64,000 bases of DNA, taken from positions 160,001-224,000 of the forward strand of contig CAWCPV010000014.1 in the NCBI GenBank assembly GCA_963797555.1, given 5' to 3'. Within the stretch, counting starts at the first letter, position 1; each line of letters starts with the position of its first letter. A program made the translations under genes and the position numbers. Shown piece after piece: positions 32,009-47,325 of the stretch. The notes under the pieces are model-generated. The model was not told the DNA's origin, made no database searches, and saw nothing but the letters and a program-made list of their open reading frames with translations. Source of the stretch: an uncultured Gammaproteobacteria bacterium (GTDB lineage: Bacteria; Pseudomonadota; Gammaproteobacteria; CAWCPV01).

Positions 32009-32538
32009 AGCCTCAGCTTCCCGGCCCTCTGGACTCGGTGCTGCGCGAGCTGCCTGGCATCAAGGTGAGGCAGCAGGGCGAGCGCCGCCTGCGTGTCGAC
32101 GTGGGCGCCGACGTGTTGCCGGCCCTGTTGGAGCTGCTCAAGGGGCGGGCGGGCTATCTGCACCTGTCCGCGATCTCTTGCGTCGACTGGCCGGAAACCG
32201 GCGAGTTCGGGCTGGTCTACCACCTGTGGTCCTATGAGACCAAGATGCTGCTCTCGGCGCATGTCCGCATCCCCACGGATCCGGGGCGCTACGTGTCCGT
32301 GTACGACATCTTCACGCCAGCGGCCTTCTTCGAGCGCGACATCCACGAGATGTTCGGGGTTTACTTCGAGGGCGCGCCGGACATGAGCAAGTTCATCCTC
32401 ACTGAGTGGCACGGTCCGCCGCCCATGCGTAAGTCGTTTTCCTCCATCGGCTACGTCGAGGATACCTTCGCGTGGCGCGATTACGCTCCCGATTGGCTGC
32501 GCGAGATCCAGGCAAAGGGTGGAGGCGTGGTGTTGTGA
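32005..32538 (+). CDS. NuoC-like subunit (MbsK-like)
   Basis: ISCVDW; FERDIHEMFGVYFEG; PPMRK. Confidence 0.9.
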   Translation: MKPQLPGPLDSVLRELPGIKVRQQGERRLRVDVGADVLPALLELLKGRAGYLHLSAISCVDWPETGEFGLVYHLWSYETKMLLSAHVRIPTDPGRYVSVYDIFTPAAFFERDIHEMFGVYFEGAPDMSKFILTEWHGPPPMRKSFSSIGYVEDTFAWRDYAPDWLREIQAKGGGVVL

Positions 32539-33677
32539 GGCCAGAGAACTATCAGCCGGTCCACCACCCGCCGAGCCATGAGTATGAGCTGTACTTCGGT
32601 CCCAACCATCCGGGGATCGAGGGTAACTACGCCCTCAGGGTTCTGCTGAACGGCGATTCCGTGTTGGGCGTACGCGCGGACGGCGGCTACCTGCACCGCG
32701 GCTTCGAGAAGCTCATGGAGGAGCGGCTGTGGATCCAGAACGTGGCCCTGGTGCCGCGCATCTGCGTTCCCGATCCGGTACCCATGGAGGAGACTTACGC
32801 GCGGGGGGTAGAGACCCTCGGGGGGCTGGAGGTGCCGCAGCGTGCTCAGTGGATCCGCGTGATGCTGATCGAGATGTCGCGCATCTGTGCCCACCTGTTC
32901 ACTTTCGGCGGGCACGCGGCGACCATGGGCCTCTACAGCAACATGTTCTGGGGCGTCGCCGACCGGGACCGCCTTCTGGACCTGTTCGAGGAGGTCACCG
33001 GAGGGCGCATCTATCACATGTTCATCACCCCCGGCGGGGTCCGCCGAGACCTCCCGGATGGGTTGCTGGGCCGCCTCTCGGGCGTGCTCGACTATATCCA
33101 GTCGCGCCTGCCCGAGTTCGACGACCTGTTCTTCGAGAACGCCGTATTCGTCAACCGCTCCAGCGGGGTCGGCCGCATGACCCAGGAGCAGGCCCTGTCC
33201 TGGGGGGTGACCGGGCCCAACCTCCGCGCCTGCGGGCTTCCTTTCGACGTGCGCCGTGACGACCCCTACCTGGTCTATGACCAGATCGAGTTCGATATTC
33301 CCGTCGAGGACGACGGCGACGCGCTGGCCCGCGCCAAGGTGCGTCGCTCGGAGGTGATCCAGTCCATACGCATCCTGCGCCAAGTGATCGAGCGGTTGCC
33401 TCGCGTGAGCGGGCCCATCCGGTGTCCGCTGCCCAACCCTCTGGCCTGGAACATTCCGGCCGGCGACGCCTACGTACGCGCCGAGTCGTCCAAGGGTGAG
33501 CTGTGCTACTATCTGGTCTCCACCGGTACCACGCGGCCGTGGCGCGTACACGTGCGCGGGCCGTCTTGCATGCATGCCGTGCAGGTCCTGGAGCGGCTCT
33601 GCGTCGGCGCCCGCTTGGAGGACGTGGCCCAGATCATGTTCTCCCTGGACGCCTGTCCCCCCGAGGTCGACCGCTAG
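32535..33677 (+). CDS. NuoD-like catalytic subunit (MbsL/MbxL-like)
   Basis: GPNHPG; GYLHRGFEK; RICVPD and C-terminal DACPPEVDR (one Cys per motif, no NiFe CxxC pairs). Confidence 0.9.
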   Translation: MRPENYQPVHHPPSHEYELYFGPNHPGIEGNYALRVLLNGDSVLGVRADGGYLHRGFEKLMEERLWIQNVALVPRICVPDPVPMEETYARGVETLGGLEVPQRAQWIRVMLIEMSRICAHLFTFGGHAATMGLYSNMFWGVADRDRLLDLFEEVTGGRIYHMFITPGGVRRDLPDGLLGRLSGVLDYIQSRLPEFDDLFFENAVFVNRSSGVGRMTQEQALSWGVTGPNLRACGLPFDVRRDDPYLVYDQIEFDIPVEDDGDALARAKVRRSEVIQSIRILRQVIERLPRVSGPIRCPLPNPLAWNIPAGDAYVRAESSKGELCYYLVSTGTTRPWRVHVRGPSCMHAVQVLERLCVGARLEDVAQIMFSLDACPPEVDR

Positions 33678-35506
33678 TGGCCGAGATCAAGCAACGGTAC
33701 AAGGGGAGCATGCTGCGCCCGCTCAAGGCCCTGTCCTTCCTGGGGCGCGAGCCGGTCACGCTGCCATTCGCGCCACGCGAGGCGGCGCCGGTGTACCGAG
33801 GTCTCCACCTGAACGACTGGAAGCTGTGCATCGGGTGCGGGACATGCGCCAGCATTTGCGACAACCGGGCGATCCACATGGTGCACATCCCGGACCTGCC
33901 CGCCGACCCCTTGGAGGGCGTCAAGCCTCGCCGGCCCGCCATCGATTACGGGCGCTGCTGCTGGTGTGCCCTGTGTGTGGACGTTTGTCCCACCGGGTCA
34001 ATCTCTCTGTCGAGGGAGTACATCCACATCAGCCAGAACCTCGACACCTTCTTCATCCTTCCTGACGAGAAGGGCATTCACGGCTACGGCTTTCCGAAAG
34101 GCTGGGCCAAGTCGCAAGACTCCGACCTGCTGGACCTCGACCGCCAGCGTATGCCGCAGCTCGATCCCGAGGCGCGTCTGGAGTCGATGGCGGAGATCGT
34201 GCAGGGCTTCGATGCCCAGACCGCGCTGCTCGAGGCCTCCCGCTGCATCCAGTGCGGGATGTGCCACGATGCGTGTCCGACGCACATGAACGCCCCCGAA
34301 TACATTCGCGCCATCTGGAGCGGGGATGCCGAGGAGGCCGTGCGCCAGATTTACCATACCATGCCGTTTGGGCACGTGTGCGGGCGGGTCTGCACCCACC
34401 GCTGCGAGACCGCCTGCTCCATGGGCAAGCGCGGCGAACCCATCGCCATTCGGTGGCTGAAGCGCTTCGCCATGGACAGCGTGGCCCACGGGCGCGTGAA
34501 GGAGTTGGTCCAGGAGGGCAAGAGCACCGCCCTGGGCGGGCGCAAGATCGCCATGGTGGGTGCCGGCCCGGCCAGCCTGACGGCGGCCTTCGATCTGGCC
34601 CGGCTCGGGCACCAGGTGACGGTATTCGAAGGGCAAGCGGAGCCGGGGGGGATGGTCCGTTACGGCATCCCCGAGTACCGCATGCCGCGAGCGCGCCTCG
34701 ACGACGATGTCGACGTCATCCGCGCCATGAAGGTCGATATTCGTTGCAATACCTGGGTTGGCAAGGATATCAGCATGGACCAGTTGGAGCAGGACTGGGA
34801 TGCCGTGCTGCTGGCCACCGGCCTCCATCTGGGCCGATCGACGCGCGTCCCGGGGTCCGACCACCCGAGGGTGCTGCGCGCGGTGGATCTGCTGCGGGCG
34901 ATGTGGGAAGGGAAAGATGTGGAGGCGGCGGAGCGGATTGTGGTGATCGGCGGCGGAAACGTCGCCATGGACATCGGCCGCAGCATGGCGCGTCTGCAGA
35001 AGCGCCGCTATGGCAAGGTGGACGTGACCCTGACCTGTCTAGAGTCCAGAGAGCAGATGCTGGCCGACCCCGAGGAGATCCGCGAGGCCGAAGAGGAGGG
35101 GCTGCGCGTCTTCCCGGCACGCGGACCCGAATACTGCCTCGTCGAGAGGGATACTCTCAAAGGGCTTCACACGGTGCGCTGCACCTCCATCTTCGATGAG
35201 CAGGGTCGTTTCCATCCCCTCTACGACGAGAGCGACGAAGAGTTCTACGCGGCGGACGCCGTCATCGAGGCCATCGGGCAGGCCGCCAGCCTGGAGTTCT
35301 TGGGGCAAGCGTTGACCGAGCGTTTGGATTGGGGGCGGGCGCGGCCGAAAGTGGATGCCGACGGTCGGACCTCGGTGCCGTGGCTGTGGGCCGCGGGCGA
35401 CTTGGTCGAAGGTCCCGACGTGGTGCACGCCGTGGCGGCCGGCCACCGCGCCGCGCGCAGCATTCACGCGTACCTGACCGCCGAGCTCGTGGAGCAGGCG
35501 GCATGA
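33677..35506 (+). CDS. NuoI-like 2x[4Fe-4S] domain fused to a GltD/SudA-like FAD/NAD(P)H oxidoreductase
   Basis: CIGCGTCASIC; CCWCALCVDVCP; EASRCIQC..CP; GRVC..C; GAGPA; IGGGNVAMD; AAGD. Confidence 0.9.
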   Translation: MAEIKQRYKGSMLRPLKALSFLGREPVTLPFAPREAAPVYRGLHLNDWKLCIGCGTCASICDNRAIHMVHIPDLPADPLEGVKPRRPAIDYGRCCWCALCVDVCPTGSISLSREYIHISQNLDTFFILPDEKGIHGYGFPKGWAKSQDSDLLDLDRQRMPQLDPEARLESMAEIVQGFDAQTALLEASRCIQCGMCHDACPTHMNAPEYIRAIWSGDAEEAVRQIYHTMPFGHVCGRVCTHRCETACSMGKRGEPIAIRWLKRFAMDSVAHGRVKELVQEGKSTALGGRKIAMVGAGPASLTAAFDLARLGHQVTVFEGQAEPGGMVRYGIPEYRMPRARLDDDVDVIRAMKVDIRCNTWVGKDISMDQLEQDWDAVLLATGLHLGRSTRVPGSDHPRVLRAVDLLRAMWEGKDVEAAERIVVIGGGNVAMDIGRSMARLQKRRYGKVDVTLTCLESREQMLADPEEIREAEEEGLRVFPARGPEYCLVERDTLKGLHTVRCTSIFDEQGRFHPLYDESDEEFYAADAVIEAIGQAASLEFLGQALTERLDWGRARPKVDADGRTSVPWLWAAGDLVEGPDVVHAVAAGHRAARSIHAYLTAELVEQAA

Positions 35507-36027
35507 CGGACCAGCACGACAAGCTTGAGCCGGAGGGTGGTAGCGGCTACCATCGGCTCAAGGAGAAGCAGTCTCTGGGGGAGATCCTGGAGACCGCTAT
35601 GTCCTTCGAGCGCACGGCACGCGACTTCTACACCGCCCTGATGGACCGGGTGAGCAAGCCCACGCGCTCGCTCGTCGAAGAGCTTGCCCAGGAGGAGGTG
35701 CGTCACTACGAGCTGTTCAAGGAGCTGGCGCAGCGGCCCGACGTGAAGGAGTGCATCAGCGAAGAGATCCGGACGCCGCCCAGCGACCACCGTTTTTCGG
35801 ACTACATCCAGATCCCGCGTCTCGATGAGTTCCCCGACGAGCAGAGTATCCTGCAGTATGCCCTGGGGCGCGAGCAGGCGGCCATGGAGCAATACAGCAC
35901 GCTGGCCGCGGATACGCCCCCGGGGTCCATGCAGGACCTGTTCCGTTTCCTGGCCCAGGAGGAGTTGAGGCACAAGGGGGAGCTGGAGAAGCGTTACTAC
36001 GAGCTGGTGTACAGCACCAGCGTGTGA
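35503..36027 (+). CDS. Rubrerythrin/ferritin-like di-iron protein
   Basis: AMSFE..FY; LAQEEVRH; ALGRE..Y; LAQEELRH. Confidence 0.85.
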   Translation: MTDQHDKLEPEGGSGYHRLKEKQSLGEILETAMSFERTARDFYTALMDRVSKPTRSLVEELAQEEVRHYELFKELAQRPDVKECISEEIRTPPSDHRFSDYIQIPRLDEFPDEQSILQYALGREQAAMEQYSTLAADTPPGSMQDLFRFLAQEELRHKGELEKRYYELVYSTSV

Positions 36028-36162
36028 TGCCTGATCGGGACGCATTCTGGCGGTGGCGAGCGGCTGGCGACGAATAGCCGGTGATTGTGCGCCGAGCCGC
36101 GGTTTCGAATCACGAATCACGGCCCACGAGTCATACATAATGTAGGGACTGGAGGAGAGTTT

Positions 36163-37212
36163 ATGAGCAATGTCCTAGCGCTGCTCGGGGATGAGGCGGA
36201 AGCGCTGTTGACCTATCGCTGCAAGGGAATCCCCAAAGAGATGCTGCACCTGCCGGGTCCGGACTTCGTGGATCGCGTGGTGGCGAGCACCGACCGCGGC
36301 CCGGCGGTCATGCGCAGCCTCCAGACGCTGATGAGCCACGGCCGCCTGGCTGGGACCGGCTACCTGTCCATCCTGCCGGTAGACCAGGGGGTGGAGCACT
36401 CCGCCGGAGCCTCCTTCGCCCCCAATCCGCTCTACTTCGACCCGGAGAATATCGTCAAGCTCGCCATCGAGGGCGGCTGTAATGCCGTCGCTTCCACCCT
36501 GGGGGTGCTGGGGGCGGTCGCGCGCAAGTATGCGCACAAGATTCCCTTTCTGATGAAGATCAACCACAACGAGCACCTGAGCTACCCGAACCTGTACGAT
36601 CAGACGCTGTTCGCCAGCGTGCAGCAGGCTTTCGAGATGGGGGCGGTCGCGGTGGGCGCCACCATCTACTTCGGCTCGGAGGAGTCGCGGCGCCAAATTC
36701 AAGAGGTGAGCGAGGCATTCGCCCTGGCCCACGAGCTGGGACTGGCGACGGTGCTGTGGGCGTACCTGCGCAATGCCGCCTTCACACACGACGGGGTCGA
36801 CTACCATGCGTCCGCCGACCTCACCGGCCAGGCCAACCACTTGGCGGTGACCATCCAGGCGGACATCGTCAAACAGAAACAGGCCGTCAACAACGGCGGC
36901 TACACGGCTATCAAGTTCGGGCATACCAACCCGAAGGTCTACAGTGAGCTGACCAGCGAGCATCCCATCGACTGGGTGCGGTACCAAGTGGCCAACTGCT
37001 ACATGGGCCGGGCTGGTCTCATCAACTCCGGTGGGCCCGCCGGCAAGGATGACTTGCACCAGGCGGTGCGCACGGCGGTCATCAACAAGCGCGCCGGGGG
37101 CATGGGGGTCATCTCGGGGCGCAAGGCATTCCAGCGCCCCATGGCCGAGGGGGTGGCGCTGATGAACGCTATCCAGGACGTATATCTCTCCCCTCAAGTC
37201 AGCGTCGCTTAG
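36163..37212 (+). CDS. fbaB: Class I fructose-bisphosphate aldolase
   Basis: [22 protein letters not shown]; ADIVKQK; INKRAGGMG. Confidence 0.97.
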   Translation: MSNVLALLGDEAEALLTYRCKGIPKEMLHLPGPDFVDRVVASTDRGPAVMRSLQTLMSHGRLAGTGYLSILPVDQGVEHSAGASFAPNPLYFDPENIVKLAIEGGCNAVASTLGVLGAVARKYAHKIPFLMKINHNEHLSYPNLYDQTLFASVQQAFEMGAVAVGATIYFGSEESRRQIQEVSEAFALAHELGLATVLWAYLRNAAFTHDGVDYHASADLTGQANHLAVTIQADIVKQKQAVNNGGYTAIKFGHTNPKVYSELTSEHPIDWVRYQVANCYMGRAGLINSGGPAGKDDLHQAVRTAVINKRAGGMGVISGRKAFQRPMAEGVALMNAIQDVYLSPQVSVA

Positions 37213-37230
37213 CCGTTGGGTCACTCTGTT

Positions 37231-38373
37231 GTGCCGAAAGAGGCGCCGCCGCCACGCGTCATCGGTGTCCTGACCGCCGGAGGGGACTGCCAGGGCCTGA
37301 ACGCCGCCATCCGCGGGGTGGCGAAGGCGGCCATCAGCACCTATGGGATGGAGGTCATCGGGTTCCACGACGGCTTCCGCGGCCTGGTCGAGAACCGCTT
37401 CGAGCGCCTGAGCGATGCACGCGTCTCGGGCATCCTGACGCTCGGCGGCACCATCCTCGGGACGAGCCGGGACAAGCCCCACAAGATGCCCGTGGGCGGT
37501 GCGACGGTGGATATGACCGCTCAGGCGGTGGAGAACTATCAGCGGCTGCACCTGGATGCACTGGTCTGCATAGGCGGCGGCGGGACCCAGAAGAACGCCC
37601 TGCGTCTGATGCGCAAGAGCAACCTTCGGGTCATCACCCTCCCCAAGACCATCGACAACGACGTGCCGGGGACGGACGTGTGCTTCGGCTACGATACTGC
37701 GGTGCAGATCGCCACCGAGGCCATCGACCGGCTGCATTCGACGGCTTCGAGTCACAGCCGCGTGATGTTGGTGGAGATCATGGGACATAATACGGGCTGG
37801 CTCACCGCAGCGGCGGGTCTGGCTGGGGGGGCGGACGTGGTGATCATCCCGGAGATCCCCTATCAGTTGGACAAGATGGCTCAGGCCCTGGTCGAGCGCC
37901 ACCGGCGCGGCAAGCGCTTCTCCATCGTGGCCGTGGCCGAGGGTGCGGTTTCGGTGGAGGAGCACGAGCGCCTCACCAATGAGCGGCGCGGCAAGAAGCA
38001 GACGAAGGCCGAGGCGGAAGAGGATTCGGCGGATGGCAACAACGAAAATGTGTCCGGGAGTGGCGAGCGGGCGGCTGCGATCCTCCTCCGACGCCTGCCC
38101 GAGCTGACCGGCCTGGAGACGCGGCTGACCTCGCTGGGTCACGTGATGCGCGGCGGCACGCCGTCCGCCACTGACCGCATCCTGGCGACCCAGTTGGGAA
38201 GCAAGGCCGTGGAGCTGCTGGCCGAGGATGTGTCCGGGGTCATGGTCGCGGTGCGGGGTCGACGCTTGGAGCCGGTGCCGCTGGAGGAGGTTGCGGGTCA
38301 GCGCCAAAGCGTGCCGTTGGAGCATCCCCTGCTACGGAGCTTGCGTATGCTGAACATCTCCCTTGGCGCTTGA
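37231..38373 (+). CDS. pfkA: 6-phosphofructokinase (group III-like, probably ATP-dependent)
   Basis: [12 protein letters not shown]; GGTILGTSR; IGGGGT; PKTIDND; EIMG. Confidence 0.92.
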   Translation: MPKEAPPPRVIGVLTAGGDCQGLNAAIRGVAKAAISTYGMEVIGFHDGFRGLVENRFERLSDARVSGILTLGGTILGTSRDKPHKMPVGGATVDMTAQAVENYQRLHLDALVCIGGGGTQKNALRLMRKSNLRVITLPKTIDNDVPGTDVCFGYDTAVQIATEAIDRLHSTASSHSRVMLVEIMGHNTGWLTAAAGLAGGADVVIIPEIPYQLDKMAQALVERHRRGKRFSIVAVAEGAVSVEEHERLTNERRGKKQTKAEAEEDSADGNNENVSGSGERAAAILLRRLPELTGLETRLTSLGHVMRGGTPSATDRILATQLGSKAVELLAEDVSGVMVAVRGRRLEPVPLEEVAGQRQSVPLEHPLLRSLRMLNISLGA

Positions 38374-38416
38374 CGCCTCTGGGGCCGAGACGAACGATCG
38401 AAGGAGGACGAGAGCG

Positions 38417-40889
38417 ATGAGCGAATTCAAGTATGTACGGCGTTTCGCCGAGCTGGGAATCGGAAACGTCCCGCTGGTGGGCGGCAAGAACGCGTCCCTC
38501 GGAGAAATGTACCGCGAGCTGTCATCCCAGGGTGTGAAGGTGCCCAACGGCTTTGCGACCACGGCCGCGGCCTTCCGCTATTACCTGGAGCACAATGGGC
38601 TCAAGGAACGCATCGGCGATGCGCTGGCGAAGCTGGATCCGAACGACGTCGACGCCCTGGCGCATACCGGAGCCGAGATCCGTAGCTGGATCATCGACGC
38701 CAGCCTGCCGGACGACCTCGCCGACGAGATCAAGGTGGCCTACGAGGAGCTGAGTCGTGAATCCGGGCCAAACACCGGACGTAGCCGTCCGCAGCTCCGC
38801 GACCGCCGAGGACCTGCCGGACGCCTCCTTCGCGGGCCAGCAAGAGACCTACCTGAACGTCAAGGGCGTGGACAACCTGCTGCGCACCTGCAAGCGCGTG
38901 CTCGCCTCGCTGTTCACCGACCGCGCTATCCATTATCGGGTGGACAAGGGCTTCGACCACATGAGCATCGCGCTGTCCATCGGGGTGCAGAAGATGGTGC
39001 GCTCCGACAAAGGGGCCTCGGGGGTGATTTTCACCCTGGATACCGAGTCCGGGTTCCGGGACGCGGTGTTCATCACCGGCGCCTATGGGCTGGGCGAGAA
39101 CGTGGTGCAAGGCGCGGTCAACCCCGACGAGTTCTACGTGCACAAGCCCACCCTGGAGAAGGGCTTCCGCCCCATCATCAAGCGTCACATGGGTGAAAAG
39201 GCGATCAAGATGATTTACGCCAGGGACCCGGTGACGGGGCAGGCCACGAGCAACGTGCACGTGCGCAAGGAAGAGCGGCAGCGCTTCTGCATCAGCGACG
39301 ACGACGTGCTGCAGCTCGCGCGCTACGCCGTCGTCATCGAGAAGCACTACAGCAAGAAGGCGAAGCAGCCCCGCCCGATGGACATCGAGTGGGCCAAGGA
39401 CGGGATCTCGGGCGAGCTGTTCATCGTGCAGGCGCGACCCGAGACCGTGCATTCTCTGAGGAAAGGCGCTTTCCACGACGTTTTCACCTTGGAGCAGCGC
39501 GGCAAGGTGCTGGCCCAGGGCAAGAGCGTGGGCGGCAAGATTGCAGTCGGCCGTGCCCGCGTCATCCTGGAAGCCGAGCACATGAACGAGCTCAAGCCGG
39601 GGGAGGTGCTGGTCACGGATATGACCGACCCGGACTGGGAGCCCATCATGAAGATCGCGAGCGCCATCGTCACCAACCGTGGCGGGCGCACGTGTCACGC
39701 GGCCATCATCTCGCGCGAGCTCGGCATCCCCGCGGTGGTCGGATCGGGCGATGCCACGCAAGTCCTGCACAGCGGTCAGGAGGTGACGGTCTCCTGCGCC
39801 GAAGGGGACGCCGGCTACATCTACGAGGGGGCGCTGCCGTTCCGTAAGGAAAGCATCGACATGGCCTCTCTGGGCACGCCCAAGACCAAGATCATGCTGA
39901 ACGTGGGCAGCCCCGAGCAGGCATTCGAGTTCGCCAACCTGCCATCGGCCGGGGTGGGGCTGGCGCGGCTCGAGTTCATCATCATGAACAGCATCGGCAT
40001 CCACCCCAAGGCGCTGCTCGACTATTTCTCCATGGAGCCGACGCTGCGCCACAAGATCGACAGCATGATCGCGGGTTATCCCAGCCCTAAGGATTACTAC
40101 ATTCAAAAGCTCGCGGAAGGCATCGGCACCATCGGGGCGGCGTTCTATCCCAAGCCCGTGATCGTGCGCCTGAGCGACTTCAAGTCCAACGAGTACGCTC
40201 AGCTCTTGGGCGGCGAGCACTTCGAGCCGAAAGAGGAGAACCCGATGATCGGGTTCCGCGGGGCCTTCCGCTATCCGTCCAAGCAATTCGTGGACTGCTT
40301 CGCGTTGGAGTGTGCGGCCATGAAGAAGGTGCGGGACGAGATGGGGCTCACCAACGTCGAGGTCATGATCCCCTTCGTGCGCACCATCGACGAGTTGAGC
40401 AAGGTGCTGAGCATCATGGCCAAGAACGGCCTGCGTCGTGGCGAGAACGGCCTGCGCGTGATCCTGATGTGCGAGATCCCGGCCAACGCGTTGTTGGCGG
40501 ACGAGTTCCTCAAGCACTGCGACGGGTTCTCCATCGGCTCCAACGACCTCACGCAGTGCACCTTGGGCGCGGACCGCGACTCCGGCATCCTCACCGGGCT
40601 GGACGAGCGCAACCCGGCGGTGCTCAAGCTGATGGACATGGCCATCAGTGCCTGCAACAAGCACGGCAAATACGTGGGCATCTGCGGCCAGGCGCCGTCC
40701 GATTTCCCCGAGATCACCAGTTGGCTGGTGGACAGGGGTATCCAGTCGATCTCTTTGAACCCGGACAGCGTGCTCACCATGACCGAGGTGGTGCTGGACA
40801 TGGAGCAGCAGAAGGCCGAGATCGAGTCCGGCAAGAAGGGGGCGGCCCGGGCCACGGCGCGGAAGGCCCAGCAGCGGATAGCGGTCTAA
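38417..40889 (+). CDS. ppsA: Phosphoenolpyruvate synthase (frameshift ~38765)
   Basis: [11 protein letters not shown]; [13 protein letters not shown]; [10 protein letters not shown]; SIGSNDLTQ; GICGQAPSD. Confidence 0.95.
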
Positions 40890-41005
40890 GGGTCCGAAGT
40901 CGGCGGCGCCACTGCCGACAACAGGGATGGGTCCGCGAGGCGCCGCGAGTGCCCCGCGGACCGCGACGGGATGGAACCCGCAGTCCAGCAGTGAGGAGGA
41001 ACAGG

Positions 41006-42641
41006 ATGAACGGCAAGCCGAGCGATATGACGCGCCCGGTGGACCTCAGCCATGAGGAGCGCACCGGGCCGTTCCGTACCCACCGTCCCATCTACGTCGA
41101 CCAGCTTCCGCCCTGCAACAACGCGTGCCCCGCGGGAGAGAACATCCAGGCTTGGCTGGCCTATGCCCAGGAGGGCCGCTTCCAGGACGCCTGGCAGGTC
41201 CTGATCCAGGACAACCCCATGCCCGCGGTGCACGGGCGGGTCTGTTACCACCCGTGCGAGGATAGCTGCAACCGCGGCGTTCTGGACACCTCGGTGAGCA
41301 TCCATGCGGTGGAGCGGTTTCTAGGCGAATCGAGCGATCGCCGAAGGGTGGAAGCCTGTCTGGGAGGCGCGTCCGAGCGGCAAGCGGGTGCTCATCGTGG
41401 GGGCCGGGCCCTCCGGCATATCCGCGGCCTATCATCTCATCCGCCTGGGGCATTCGGTGGAGGTCCACGACGCGGGGCCGCTCGCCGGCGGCATGATGCA
41501 TTTCGGCATTCCCGCCTATCGGCTGCCCCGGGACATGCTCGAAGCCGAGATCCATCGCATCGAGGACATGGGTGCCCGCTTGGTGATGAATCACCAGGTG
41601 GAGGACCTGTTGGCGGAGAAGGAGGCGGGCGGCTTCGACGCGGTGTTCATCGCAATCGGTGCCCACATCAGCAAGCGCACCGCGATCCCCGCCCGCGATG
41701 CCGGGAAGATGCTGGATGCGGTGACCTTCCTCCAAGACGTAGAGACCGGACAGGCGCCCAAGCTGGGGCGCCGTGTCGCGATCTACGGGGGCGGCAACAC
41801 GGCCATGGACGCCGCGCGCACTGCCAAGCGGCTGGGGGCGGAAGAAGCCCTGATCATCTATCGGCGCGACCGCGCCCATATGCCGGCCCATGAGTTCGAG
41901 GCCGATGAGGCCATGGAGGAAGGAGTCAAGATCCACTGGCTGCGCACCATCAAGCAGATCGACGAGACCCATTTCACGGTCGAAGTTATGGAGCTGGACG
42001 ACCAGGGCTATCCCCAGCCCACGGGCACGCTGGAGACCCTGGAGGCCGACTCCCTCATCATGGCCCTGGGCCAGGACGTGGATACCGGGTTCATGAAGCG
42101 CGTCCCCGGCGTGGAGTTCAAGAAGGACGGCACCGTCATCGTGGACGACAACATGATGACCGGCCACCCGGGACTTTTCGCGGGCGGGGACATGGTGCCC
42201 AGCCAGCGCACCGTCACGGTGGCGGTGGGCCACGGCAAGAAAGCGGCGCGCCACATCGATGCCTACCTGCGCGGTACCAAGTACCTCAAGCGGCCCAAGC
42301 ACGACTTGGCCTCTTTCGACAAGCTGCACGTCTGGTTCTATACCGACGCGCCGCGTCGGCCGCAAGCGCAACTGGAGGTCACTCGCCGCACCGCAGGATT
42401 CGAGGAGGTGATGGCGGGCCTGAGCGAGAAGGAGGCCCACTACGAGGCGCGCCGCTGCCTGTCCTGCGGCAACTGCTTCGAGTGCGACGGCTGCTACGGC
42501 GCATGTCCGGAGGACGCCATCGTCAAGCTGGGCACGGGCAAGCGCTACCGCTACGACTACAGCCTATGCACCGGCTGCGCTATCTGTTTCAACCAGTGTC
42601 CCTGCCACGCCATCGAAATGATTCCCGAGCCCGCCGCATGA
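41006..42641 (+). CDS. GltD-like NAD(P)/FAD oxidoreductase with C-terminal ferredoxin (frameshift ~41330)
   Basis: PPCNNACPAGE; GRVCYHPCE; GAGPSG; GGGNTAMD; CLSCGNCFECDGC; CTGCAIC..CP. Confidence 0.9.
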
Positions 42642-42648
42642 GGCTGCC

Positions 42649-46263
<3,615 letters not shown>

Positions 46264-46320
46264 GCCCCAGGGCGGAGCTTCGCATGGACCGAGTCAGGAC
46301 GCAGAACGAGAGGTAGCCAA

Positions 46321-47325
46321 ATGGACCTGCGCACCAGCTACATGGGCTTGAACCTGCAGCATCCCGTGGTGGTGTCCGCTTCGCCGCTGTCCGCGAAGCT
46401 CGAGAACATCAAGCAGATGGAGGATGCCGGCGCGGCCGCGGTGGTGATGTTCTCCCTGTTCGAGGAGCAGATTCAGCACGAGCAGGAGGCATTCGAGCAC
46501 CTGACCTCCTATGGCTCGGAGTTCTACGCCGAATCCCTCGGCTACTTCCCCAAGGTCGAGGATTACACCGTGGGTCCCGAGCAGTATCTCGATCTGCTGC
46601 GGCGCGCCTCCGAGAGCGTGAGCATCCCCGTCATCGGGAGCCTGAACGGCATCACCAACCGCGGCTGGGTGGACTATGCGCGCCAGATGGCGGAGGCCGG
46701 GGCGCAGGGAATCGAGCTCAACGTCTACTACATCCCGGCGGACTTGGACGAATCGGGCCGCGACGTGGAGGGCCGTTACCTGGACATCGTGCGCGCCGTC
46801 AGGAGCGCCGTGTCGGTGCCCGTAGCCATGAAGCTCAGCCCCTTCTTCAGCGCCACCGGAAACATGGCCCGGCAGCTCGATGAAGCCGGCGCCGACGCAC
46901 TGGTTCTGTTCAACCGCTTCTACCAGCCCGACTTCGATCTGGACGAGCTGGAAGTGGCGTCGACGCTGGAGTTGAGCACCCCTGCCGAGATCCGACTGCC
47001 GCTGCTCTGGATCGCCATCCTTTACGGGCGCGTGAGCTGCTCGCTGGCGGCCACCACCGGCGTCCACACTCCGGCCGAGGTGATCAAGTACCTGATGGCC
47101 GGCGCAGATGCGGTGATGACCACGTCCGCGCTGCTCAAGAACGGCATCGGTCACCTCACCAAGCTGGTGGACGGCCTGAAGGAGTGGATGGACCGCCGGG
47201 GCTACGTGTCGGTCCAGCAGATGAAAGGCTCCATGAGCCAGCAGAACGTCGGCGACCCGACCGCGTTCGAACGGGCCAACTACATCAAGATCCTGGAGAG
47301 CTACAAGAGCCCGTACATGGCGTAG
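46321..47325 (+). CDS. Dihydroorotate dehydrogenase-like protein (nifJ-associated)
   Basis: MDLRTSYMGLNL; SLFEEQI; LFNRFYQPD; AFERANY. Confidence 0.9.
   Translation: MDLRTSYMGLNLQHPVVVSASPLSAKLENIKQMEDAGAAAVVMFSLFEEQIQHEQEAFEHLTSYGSEFYAESLGYFPKVEDYTVGPEQYLDLLRRASESVSIPVIGSLNGITNRGWVDYARQMAEAGAQGIELNVYYIPADLDESGRDVEGRYLDIVRAVRSAVSVPVAMKLSPFFSATGNMARQLDEAGADALVLFNRFYQPDFDLDELEVASTLELSTPAEIRLPLLWIAILYGRVSCSLAATTGVHTPAEVIKYLMAGADAVMTTSALLKNGIGHLTKLVDGLKEWMDRRGYVSVQQMKGSMSQQNVGDPTAFERANYIKILESYKSPYMA

Noticed and set aside
32535-33677. Group 4 [NiFe]-hydrogenase large subunit or canonical NuoD
   Set aside because: Lacks both CxxC Ni-binding pairs, and the operon has Mrp subunits but no nuoA/J/EFG.
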